In this document: one piece after another, positions 11,184 through 21,345 of the stretch | How the letters are laid out: each line of letters opens with the position of its first letter | Numbering within the stretch: the stretch's first letter is position 1 | DNA from: Lama guanicoe | Lineage: Eukaryota | NCBI GenBank assembly: GCA_013239625.1 | Contig: MU056000.1 | Coordinates: 8,614,970 to 8,678,969 of the forward strand | DNA: 64,000 bases | Direction: 5' to 3' | The notes under the pieces: generated by a model | The model's input: the letters and a program-made list of their open reading frames with translations, nothing else | The model's database searches: none | What the model was told of the DNA's origin: nothing | Program-made: the position numbers and the translations under genes

Positions 11184-12739
11184 GTGAGCGCTTTGCCCTG
11201 AAGGAACCTGCTCATATTGCATACTATCTTGACAGTTAAGTGTTAATACAGGGCCATATTATGAAAGGCAACTGAAAAATGACACATGACAAGCTTCCTA
11301 GTGCAGCTGTAGCGGAGCAGCTCCTGATCAGGTTTGGGAAGGAGCAGAGAGGTGACAAACAGAGAGAGCTATCTATGTGTATACATACCTTGCGGTGCAG
11401 ACCTTTTATTCACATGAGAAAGGAAAATCCAAGTGATGTGTATGTCAGGTTTTAAGAACACAGTGACTCTTATGGAAAACATAATATGAAAAGTTAAGAC
11501 TTAAAAAGAAAACTCTACAGTAAAGATGTAAATAAATGGTTCTGTTTTGGGACAAACTGAAGAGGATTCCCAGTGTAGTGAAATTAGGAGCTGACGGATG
11601 CTGTGTGATTAAAGTTCCACTATGGGTAATAATTTAGAAATAAAGCATGATTTCCACTACTTTATAAACTCTAATCGTCATGGGACGCCTTGGCTCATAA
11701 TGTACATCAAAGTATGGAAAAGTAGAAAGTATTTTAAGGGGAAAATCCTTCTCATTATTAATATGAAGAGGATGGTGACCAATGAATCTTTGGAAGAAAA
11801 ATGATCATTATCTACGTATTTCCTCTGCTGCTTTAAGTAGCAGGACTTCCTCAGGAGAGGAAGGTAAGGCCACGGGCAATTCAGGACACAGGAAAAATAA
11901 AATAAGACAATTTCTCAGATCAGATTTATCAAAGGATGATGTATTCTTGCCTCTGTAGGAAAACATGCGTTTTCTTGTACTTGGTGGGCTGACTTGGGGA
12001 ATCAGAAGTAAGGTGGCTGCTAAAAACAAGTATGATGTTCCATGGGACCAATTCTGCATGTCCCTGTGCAGTGAGCAACAAGCAGCCCCAGGAGAAGCTC
12101 AGACATGGCAAGTCACAGCTGCAGGATGGAAGGAGCAGTTGAGGGAATACCTATATAGAATTTGAGCAAATAGCCAATTTCTAAATCCGTAAAGTATGAA
12201 AATCAGACAAAAGAGTTTAGTCCAGGCTCCAGACAATGAGAAACAACTGATTTTTTTCTACAGAGAAATTATTTATTTTTAATATGTTTCAGAATATTAA
12301 TTCACAAGAGGGGGGTTCTCGAAATGATAACAATGACCTGATATCATGTCACAAGTAATTTGTTATTAACAATATATGAAGCCATAATATTAACAGGTAA
12401 TATTTTAATAAATCAGTGGAATCAAGAGAGTTCCAAAAGTTTGGCGATATTTGTGGAAGGGGCAACACAAATGTGGAGTTTGTGTGTAATTTTGCAAGGT
12501 TTGTGTCCATGGAAGTGTGTAGTATAGGTTGACATTGCATGTCACGTGTCCTACAGAAGCTAAGTGAACAAGTTTACAAATTCCTACATTCGGGCAGTGG
12601 GAATAATAGCATATTAAAATTATGCACCAGTGAGGTTTTGAGAGCTAAGAAGACAGGAACCTTTGTGAGAATAGAGATGAAATGTATCTAAGGGAAATAC
12701 AGGTGTTGGTATTTCTGAACGGTGCATGCGAGGAGGAAG

Positions 12740-13044
12740 AGACATGGCTGTGCATTTAAAGGGAAGAAGAAATTGCCCGCTCCTTTCCTCCTTTGTCCCC
12801 TCCTATGTGCTGAACTGACATGGCACTGGTCAACCTTGAATCATGGGGATGACTCTAAAGACTGCCAAACACTTTTCTGGGTCAGAAGAGACCAGGATCC
12901 TTCGATGACCTGATAAAGCAGAACTGCTGTGTCACACTGGACCTCAAGATTAAAGTTGGAGACAGGTACATATGGTTCTACCTAGTTTAAACCATTGCGA
13001 ATTTGGGTTCTTGTTATAGGAGCATCTTATGCCTTAACTAATGT
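12740..13044 (+). mobile_element. Old MLT1 (MLT1J/K-like) LTR fragment
   Basis: ggatccttcgatgacc..gagacag..tttaaaccattg..ttgggttcttgttataggagc..taactaatgt resembles an MLT1 3' half. Confidence 0.55.
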
Positions 13045-13194
13045 GGCATTTATCTCTTAAACAATTCCAAGATTCTGTCTTTTTCTAAATTTATAGCTTT
13101 CCTGAGGACCCAGGTTATAGACAGAAGGCTTTCATCCAGCTGTTGGCAGCTTTATTGTTCTCTTATCGCTAGCTGACATCATGCAAGAAGGTAG

Positions 13195-13274
13195 AAAAAA
13201 AAAAAAAAAAAANNNNNNNNNNNNNNNNNNNNNNNNNNNNNNNNNNNNNNNNNNNAAAAAAAAAAAAAAAAAAA
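13195..13274. other. Assembly gap (43 N) inside a poly(A) tract
   Basis: A18 (13195-13212), N43 (13213-13255), A19 (13256-13274). Confidence 0.98.
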
Positions 13275-13635
13275 GGCCAAGGAAAGACCAAAATCCTTCA
13301 AAAATTCAACTCCCTCATCCAGCTACTCTTTGGTAGCCCTGTTTTGTATCACCATGGAAATTCCAATGAAAATAAATGGAATATTATTGAAGACACTTGA
13401 AGATGGATGTGGCAAATGTAAATCTGAGCCAACGTGAGCATGAAAGGAGGGCTCAGTGGATAGGCATACAGGAAGTAGGAGGTCCACATTGTAGGGGGAC
13501 TGCAAATCTCTGAGATGGGCTGAGCTTTCTAAGCAGATACCAAGGAGAGAAGAGCACATGGAGGGGTGAGCCCTTCAGACTGTACTGAATTTTTAGACAG
13601 AAGAAAAAAGAAAAGTTAATCCAGAGGTAAGAGGT

Positions 13636-14054
13636 TGTCAAAAATTCAGTAAAAATTAAAACGAGACCAGGAAAATAGTATTTAGTAAGAGTTTATTGTG
13701 CATAAAAGAACAGCTCAAGAACTGGGAGTTTTCAGATTCAAAACTGAGATGAAGCTCAGGGCATGACATTACAGGACGGCTTATAAAGTGAAAGTAAGGA
13801 AGTTGCTGAACTTTATTATGATCTGATAATAGGAACTTCCAGAAAGCAGGGGATTAGTTAAAAGTAATTATACCATTTTAGGAAGATGACGTAAGTTCTG
13901 TTGTGGTTATCAGAGGCATTTACAATAAACAACCTATGTTAAGTTTTGCTTGTGTTCATGAAATAAGTTAGATATAGTTTCGCTCACGTGGCTTAAATGG
14001 TTTTGTCTGCTTGGGGATCTTCAAACCTGGTCTATATTTTGTTTTATTTTAACA
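13636..14054 (-). mobile_element. Solo LTR, probably ERV1 class, with 4-bp TSD
   Basis: TG..CA termini with imperfect inverted ends (tgtcaaaa / ttttaaca); AGGT at 13632-13635 and 14055-14058; minus-strand AATAAA (tttatt near 13692). Confidence 0.8.
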
Positions 14055-14206
14055 AGGTATATTAGTGTGTTCTGGTATCACACAATCAGGGAAAAAAATT
14101 GAAGAATGAGTAGCACAGAAAGAAAGGAGAAAGAAATGAATAAAAAGACTATAAAGCTAGTAAAACATGATGACTTTACGAAAAGGATCAGCCTGTGTGA
14201 AATTAA

Positions 14207-14860
14207 TCATGTTCAGCAATGTATGCACCTAGTGTCCAGATCTTGGTTTCTAAAGACCCTTTTCTAATACAAGAGGGAAGAGCTTCTTGGAGAGACAAGG
14301 ATGAGGGAAGGAAAATATAATTGAGTCTAGAGTGTCTTGTGGTATCAGAAAGAAAGAATGTGCTTTCATAAAAGGGGGGGAGGGGAGTGAGAAAGGAGAC
14401 AATAAAGATGGGCATGTCCAAAGAACGTAAGAAAATGCCTGAAAGGAAAAACGAAGGGCTAAGCCTGGAAGCAAAATAATGATAGTATTTGGATTTTAGC
14501 CCTCAAAATAAAATAAATATTCCTGAATGTATTCTGATATAAATTAATGATTGAATGAATAAATAAGGAAATAAATAGTAGAAAAGGAATAGCTCTTCCT
14601 CACCAGAGAATCCATTCAATAAACGTAGAAAGAATAAGAGAAACAGAAGTCGTGAGAATATCACGATAGTTGTGGCAGGGAGGACCTCCTAATGAATGCG
14701 AAGATTACTAGGCTAAATTTTAGAGAAACAGAATGTTTGTATAGACTCAGAGGAGCTTCCACAAAATATTTATTCATTATGTGATGGTTTTAATATATGC
14801 CACTTTTTTTCTACATCAAATATTCTATTAGTAGCGAAACTTACTTTAGTAATCAAGAAA
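14207..14860 (+). mobile_element. L1MC3/4-like 3' UTR fragment
   Basis: agcaatgtatgcacctagtgtccagatcttggtttctaaa..tcttgtggtatcagaaag matches recalled L1MC 3' UTR. Confidence 0.75.
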
Positions 14861-14918
14861 AATTAAGATAATTCTATCTTTAAATTCACTATGAATAATA
14901 GTTTAAAAGCATATAACA

Positions 14919-15043
14919 AATGGAAAAAATGTGAAAATGGGTATATGTGTGTATATGCAGGACTGGGACGTTGTGCTGTACACCAGCAATTGACACATTG
15001 TAACTGACTGTACTTTAACAAAATAAATTTAAAAATTTTAAAC
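14919..15043 (+). mobile_element. Short 5'-truncated camelid-type L1 3' end with TSD
   Basis: gactgggacgttgtgctgtacaccagcaattgacacattgtaactgactgtact plus A-rich tail; TSD aagcatataaca (14907-14918) / aagcacataaca (15044-15055). Confidence 0.85.
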
Positions 15044-16416
15044 AAGCACATAACACATTTTCCTGTGCAACTCTGTATGTCCAACTGATTATTTTTAGTC
15101 TATCATTCCCAAACAAAATCACTGTGGAAAAATCTATCTTGTGTCTGTGACAGAGCAAGTGGAGATTTCACATTTCAAGTAAAAATCATGTTATGTTGGA
15201 ATAATTCAATAAATTAGTTCATTTCTTTTGCTACACCAAAGCAGACCTCTTTTTTATTTTTACATTGAAAAATACTCATAGTGTGCTTTCTTTAAAAACA
15301 TCTGTTGGATATATTTTTGAAAGTTAAGTGGCTTCAGTCAGTTATATATATGCCACTTGCTTTATTCTTTTCAAGGAATTAGATGACTCAGAAAAAAATC
15401 TACTGACTCACATGTGAGCCGGGTATAAAAAGCTCAGCGCTTTAACAAATACTGAATAGAAAGTTATGTGGTTAAATGTAATGAGTGCTTATGAATTTCT
15501 ATTGCTTGATCACATGCTCTTTTCAATATAAGAATAAAAGATGCAGAACTAATTTTGTAATAAGAAAAAACATTTTATCCCATATAACTAGAGTGCTTTT
15601 TGCTGAAGAGTTATATGTAGGCACACATATCATTTAGCACATTGAATACAAACTGTCCAATTTTACGCACTTCATTTATAGATCTGAGAAATGATAGATA
15701 TTTAAGATGTCATAAAATAGATTAAAGTGATGCTCTAGAATCATGATACTTTAAAAAAGTGGCCAAAGAAACTTAGGGCTCATTTAGTTTACTTAAAAAT
15801 TGTAGATTGTACTAATGAGGATATCTGAGCCTGCAAGAAAAAAGGAGATGAAATGGAAGAGATGTTTAAAGTCGTGTCGAGAGTTTATATGTGTAAAATG
15901 TGTGGCCTTCTAGCTTTTGTCTCTTTTCATCACACTCTTCAGTCATTCCTAACGTACTAACTATTCCCAATAGTACATATTTTTTTAAAGGGTGTGTGTT
16001 TCAATGGCAGTTTATAACACACTGGGGCTGACTCTCCATGAAAATATATGATCTACTCTTAGTGAAAGGACTTGGCTAGATACCAGTCTGAAATAACAGA
16101 ACAAGGTCTATGTATCTATAACATTCAAGCTATGCTACTTTAAAAATACACAAAGTGGACATAAGTACATAAATACATGTATAATAAAATATTTCACTAC
16201 TGCTTTTACATCGATTATTAAAATACCAACAACTATTTAGCTTTATTAATAAATACTATTTATACATTTTCAAATAATAAAAAATAAGATTTTATTTTTT
16301 TTCTCTTTATATTGGCAAGACATAAAACCAATCACATCACTGGAAAAATAAATATACACAGTTCCGGTGTCAGATGGTAGAAAAGCTTCTGTGAATTTGC
16401 TATAATTGAATTTTAT

Positions 16417-16471
16417 TTTTATTTTGGAGGTAGGTAATTAAGTTTATTTATTTTTAGTGGAGGTACTGGGG
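16417..16471 (-). mobile_element. 5'-truncated camelid tRNA-derived SINE (3' part only) with TSD
   Basis: ggaggtaggtaattaagtttatttatttttagtggaggtactgggg; TSD gaattttat at 16408-16416 and 16472-16480. Confidence 0.7.
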
Positions 16472-16670
16472 GAATTTTATAATAGGTTATGCAAGGCTGC
16501 AACCACCACCCAGTTCGCTGACTGTAGGTGAACCTCAGTAAAGAGTGATTTTTTTCTTTTCTACTGTTGTGACACCATCGCTTACAAGTAACTTCAAGTA
16601 TGTTTACCGGTTACACTGCTTTCTATTCTTCCATCGTCTTTTTGAAGCGATACGCAGTAGAGCTTGTCTG

Positions 16671-16678
16671 TGACGTCA
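16671..16678. promoter_or_regulatory. Full palindromic CRE motif TGACGTCA
   Basis: Exact CREB/ATF consensus in unique sequence with retained CpGs; function not demonstrated. Confidence 0.4.
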
Positions 16679-17971
16679 TTGTCAGAGACGCAAATCTTGG
16701 GGGAGTCTTGCTGGGCTTAGGACCCAGCTGCGCTCTGCTTAATTGAATCAGGAACTTACAAATGTATGCAGTTAATTGGGGCATGGAAAGAGAGGCACGT
16801 CTTTTTGTCTGCAACCTGTGTAAGTAAATCTTGAGCTATGAAAATATTTTTGAATGGCTGGCTTTGCTCCACCACAAACTCCCCAGTATCTGTGGCCTCA
16901 TAAGATGGAGGCAAAGAGAACAAGGAGGAGAGACCAGAAGGAAAAGAAAACAGATGAAAGAAAAGGAACATGTTCAAGAGAAGACTCTTCTTGTTCAGGG
17001 GAGGAGCAAAATTTGCCAGAAGTAATTTAGATTTCTCTCCACACCTACTGCCTTGAAGTCATAAATTAAAAAGCAAACAAAATAATAGTTTTGGGTTAGT
17101 TTGCCTTTTATGGTTGATTCAAGGTTACCCAGTATTGGATGTTAAACAGATCTGTTCATATGCTCATGAATTTAAGGAGAATTTAGACATATTGGAAATA
17201 TTTACAAAGCTCCAAAATGAATCCAAAATCATTTCCATAAATAATTTTTATGTAAAGTATATAAATGGCATTTGGTCCAGGCCAAATTGTGATACTGTGT
17301 CACTTGTCCCCTTGGTCTGGATTCCTGATCTTTGACAAGGATAATTCTGGGAAGGCTGTGGATGGGAATGATTGACATCAGTAAGCATTCTAGCATCTGT
17401 GATTCATTAAAATTTCCAAACAAACAATAGAACATCCTTATAAGTGTGTTTTTGGGAGAGGTAAGGGTAAAGTCTTCAGAGAATGACCGGTTTTAGGTAT
17501 AATTCCCCCCAAATACTTAAGGAGTAAGACATGTAGGTCCTTGAATGTAGAGATTCATTTGCTGGGTTGCTACGTGCTTCATTATGTTGCTCTTGATTGG
17601 TTCTGTAGGGGTTAATTTTGAGGTCAGACATCTGCCGAGCATTGGTTTTCCTGGCATTAACATGCTCCTTCATGGTATAACTGAGTTGATGCTAAGAAGT
17701 TGCCTTGTCAAAATACTAACCCTTACCTCTTTTTCTATCATTGTTGCTTCATTCCTTTGGGTTGTCAAGTCTAAACCATCTTCAAAAATCTCCTCATTAA
17801 AATACACTCTTGGGAGGTGCTTAACTGTCAACTAAATTGGCAGTAAGCTAACTGGAATACTTAAAAAAATAGACTGCTAGGCAGAGAAAAGTCTATTAAG
17901 AGGAAGGAAAAAGATGAAAAAAAAAATGAACAAAGAGCATCCTTGCTTGCTTCGGTTTTCTGAAGTAGCAG

Positions 17972-18387
17972 TGTGTCAGGTGACTTTCCCCGGAAAGCAG
18001 GTTCTGAGATAAAGTACCAGCTGGCAAGAGAGCAAGGGGCTTGTTAGGGAGTGGCTTCAGCTTCAGCATCCCCGGCGGCAGGGGAAGGAAGCAGGGCTGG
18101 GCAGAGGGAGATGTACAGGTGCAAAGGAGACTGGCAGAAGCGTGACCCCCGGCACAGGCCCCTCTGGGGCTGCAGCGGCCTGAGGAGTTGTCCACCTTGG
18201 ATGAAATGATCGAGCCTTTATAGCCCCACCTCATAAGTCTCTGGATACAGGTCTGCCCACAAAGGCCAAAACCCTGGGACGGGCAGCCCTGCCGCTGAGG
18301 CAGTCCTTGGAGCGCCTCTCAGCTTTGCCAAATCAGTGTCCTTCCTTCTTGGGGAGTCTGGATGGCACCTCAGCATGTCCCACCACG
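17972..18387 (-). mobile_element. LTR16-like ERVL LTR
   Basis: ttccccggaaagcaggttctgagat; ggaaggaagcagggctgggcagagggaga; gcctttatagcccc; ends catgtcccaccac. Confidence 0.8.
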
Positions 18388-18465
18388 AGCACAGAAGTTA
18401 CTTTCCTTGTGTCCTGGTAAGTTTCAAAATCTTGAAAACACAGTAAATATTCAAAAATTATTGCA

Positions 18466-18552
18466 GGGGTGGCGGGGATCGCTCAGTGGTGGAGCGTGTG
18501 CTTGCCGTGCACGAGGTCCTGGGTTCAAGTGCCTCCATTAAGGGAAAAAAAA
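18466..18552 (+). mobile_element. tRNA-derived SINE (camelid type)
   Basis: Pol III A-box-like tcgctcagtgg, B-box-like ggttcaag, A-tail, degenerate TSD aaaaattattgca / aaaaagtatggca. Confidence 0.85.
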
Positions 18553-20184
18553 GTATGGCAAAATGGTTGATTGCTGAAGGAAATGAGGTATAAATGAATG
18601 TTCTTGGAAGACTGGGTCAGGGATCGAGAGAGAAATCCAAGGTGGCCAGCTACATTGGGAACTTTCCACGCCCGGAAGGCACAACGGTGACACCTCACTG
18701 TGAGACAGGAAGGAGGCCACGAATGTAGTTATTCTGTACAACTGGGCTATTTCTTCTCAAACATTAGTGGATTCTGTGTTATCGTCCAGTTTCCAAGTGG
18801 CTCATGTTCAATAAGAGTCTATTTCCTTTGACCATGAATCTTGAATCCTGTTCCCCAGGAAGAAGCACAGTTAAATCCACTCACTGTTTACATGCATCTG
18901 TTCTGAGCAGTTACAGTGGACAATACAGATTCAATTCTGTTTTCAAATGTATGTCTTTCATCATTTTCACCTGCATTTTTCAGTTTTTTTCTTATGATGA
19001 AAAGCTAGTGTTTGTTTCTGATCTGATGAATCATTGTTCCTTCAAGAAAAATATTCTTTTAAAAAATATACTTTTTCCTAATGCTACATGTGCAGCTAGA
19101 GGAAAAAAATCCTCATTTTAGGTCTCCTGGTTAAATAATAGGGGTGTGTGTCTGTGTGTGTGTGCGCATGTGCATACATCTTATTTTTTAATAACTTGCT
19201 GAGTATGGCTTTTAAACTTTAATCAATGGAATTAAAAAAGTGGAAGTTACTGCTTCAGGGTTTGCTTATCCACTCATTTCTTCATGAGCTGCTCAGAACT
19301 TTGACATCATAGTCAATAAATATTGCTACAGAGGAATAATACAAATTTACATCTAATTTTATTTCAGAAAGCGTCACCATCTTGCCTTATCTCGTATCCG
19401 AAGGTATTCTATATTTAATCATTTTATTCATATTCCTGGAAAGCAGTACTGCTAAAAATGTTTTTGGCAGGAAATCACGGAGTCAAAATTTTCGTAGAAC
19501 GGTATTGCATCATTTACTTTACGAACTTTGCATTACAAAGTTCAGGATCATTTTGGATTTCTTTGAAGATCATGCAAACACTTCTACTATTTCTAAGTAC
19601 CTTTTAAGTTAATAAATATATTACAATATCCATTTAAGTTGCAAAATTGGATGATGAACTGAAGTGCTTTGCCAACGTCAGTTTTCCTCTAGCCATCTCT
19701 TCCTCTCTCGTTTCTCATTTCAGGAGTCTAACCGAGATGCTATTGCTAATTAATAACATGCAGTCCATGTTCCCTCGTGACCTGCTGCTTCTACTTTCTT
19801 CCCTGCCCCCAAGATAAACACAGATTTTCATGGATTTTTAAGTTACAAAATGGAACTAAAAAGAAACAAGACGTGTTTTGTTTTGGCAATTCCAGAATCA
19901 CATCTCTTGGAACCTAGAGAGACTTCCTTCATGGGTTTAATATAATAAATAATGACTTACGATAAGTAGTGTCTGTGTCTAATTAGACCCAGAAGATGCA
20001 CTGTTTACTGGCAATAGAGAGGGTATCGCTATTCTTTTGTTTTTTTTCCTTCCTTCCTCTCTCTCTCTGTTTTGTTTTGATCTTGGCAAGTTGACTAATG
20101 TTTGGGGAACGTTGTGCAAAGTATACAGGTGAGAAGAGGGTTTCGCTGTAGGAAGTACGTGACAATTGTGGAATACTACACTGA

Positions 20185-20305
20185 AGAATGTCCAGATCCC
20201 CAAAAGATACTGTTGAAAGGAAGAGTCTGATTTAGTGATTTTGGAGTGGGGCTGGAGGGTCTGCATTTCCACTAAGTCCCCAGATGACACAGGTGCTTTG
20301 AGGAG
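20185..20305. mobile_element. MER5A-like hAT-Charlie MITE fragment
   Basis: tctgatttagtgattttggagtggggctggagggtctgcatttcc..aagtccccagatga. Confidence 0.65.
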
Positions 20306-20351
20306 AAAGGCCACAGAAAATGGGGAGTGGGACCAGGTATCCTCTAAGAGA

Positions 20352-20790
20352 GGGGTTCTTGGTTATTAAAAAAAATGAATCATGGGCTCCTTTGACAGGT
20401 TAATGAAGCCTATGGACTTTTCTCAAAATAATGTAATAAAATTCAAAAAGTAAATAAAGTTAGAAAAGGAGCAATTATAAATACTAGTATCAAGCTATTT
20501 TAAAACAGCTTGCTATATATACATTAATATATGTGCCTCGTTATTAACACGTTAAATACCAAGGCCTGACATTGGATCTGATAACTTCTATAAATTCAAA
20601 ATATTTTGAAATGTTTGAAGTCCATAGCAGGGTACGGCAGTATTTGTGATTGCTATTTGTGACAATCATGAGTACTGCTGAGGCCACTGAGGTATATTGC
20701 CCACTTACATAATTGAAGGAAAAGGCATATTTTACTCAGTGCTTAGTGAAAATTAATATGTTAATTTCTTCTAAGCAAGTGATCCAAGTT
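20352..20790. mobile_element. MER119-like hAT-Charlie DNA transposon
   Basis: ggggttctt; tgaagcctatggac; aatatatgtgc..ttattaacacgttaaata; cataattgaaggaaa; ttagtgaaaat. Confidence 0.7.
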
Positions 20791-21159
20791 CCTTCCCTGC
20801 AGTGAAATTTCACGACTTGTAACCAACACAAACATCTGATTCTCTTTATATAATAATTTATAAATTACTAAATACAGAAGGCAAAGCTCAACCTACTTAC
20901 CATCTCATCAACGGCTCTTCACTCCTGCTGTTCTATCTTTTCATAATTCATTTCTGTAAATTTTTATTGAACATATGACTATGACTTTTTAAATGTAAGT
21001 GTCACACGTGGGATATGAAGGCATTAGAACACACGTGACATTTAAAAATGTTTAGAGGAGATTCATGCTTAAAAGAACTACTTATAAAACACTAGCCATC
21101 TGTTTTTGTAAGTTTTAATTGCTGGAAGGTCTATGACTAATCACAGTAAAATCGATACT

Positions 21160-21345
21160 AATAAAATTGACTGCCAATCTATAGCTCACCTTCACACATG
21201 ATCTCATTTGATTTTCTAAACCACACTGGGGAGGAGAAAGGGCAGGATCACGGCTCTCACCTAACAAATGAGAAAATTCAAATTTGCATATTTGATAATT
21301 AATTCACATGTGTAGTTGTGAAGTCAGGGTTCAAATGCAGGACAT
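21160..21345 (-). mobile_element. MIR SINE
   Basis: ttcacacatgatctcatttgatt..acaaatgagaaaattca..agtcagggttcaaatgcagg. Confidence 0.6.

Noticed and set aside
18466..18552. Possible tRNA gene
   Set aside because: No complete cloverleaf, the T-arm region is deleted, and it has an A-tail and TSD, so it is a SINE.
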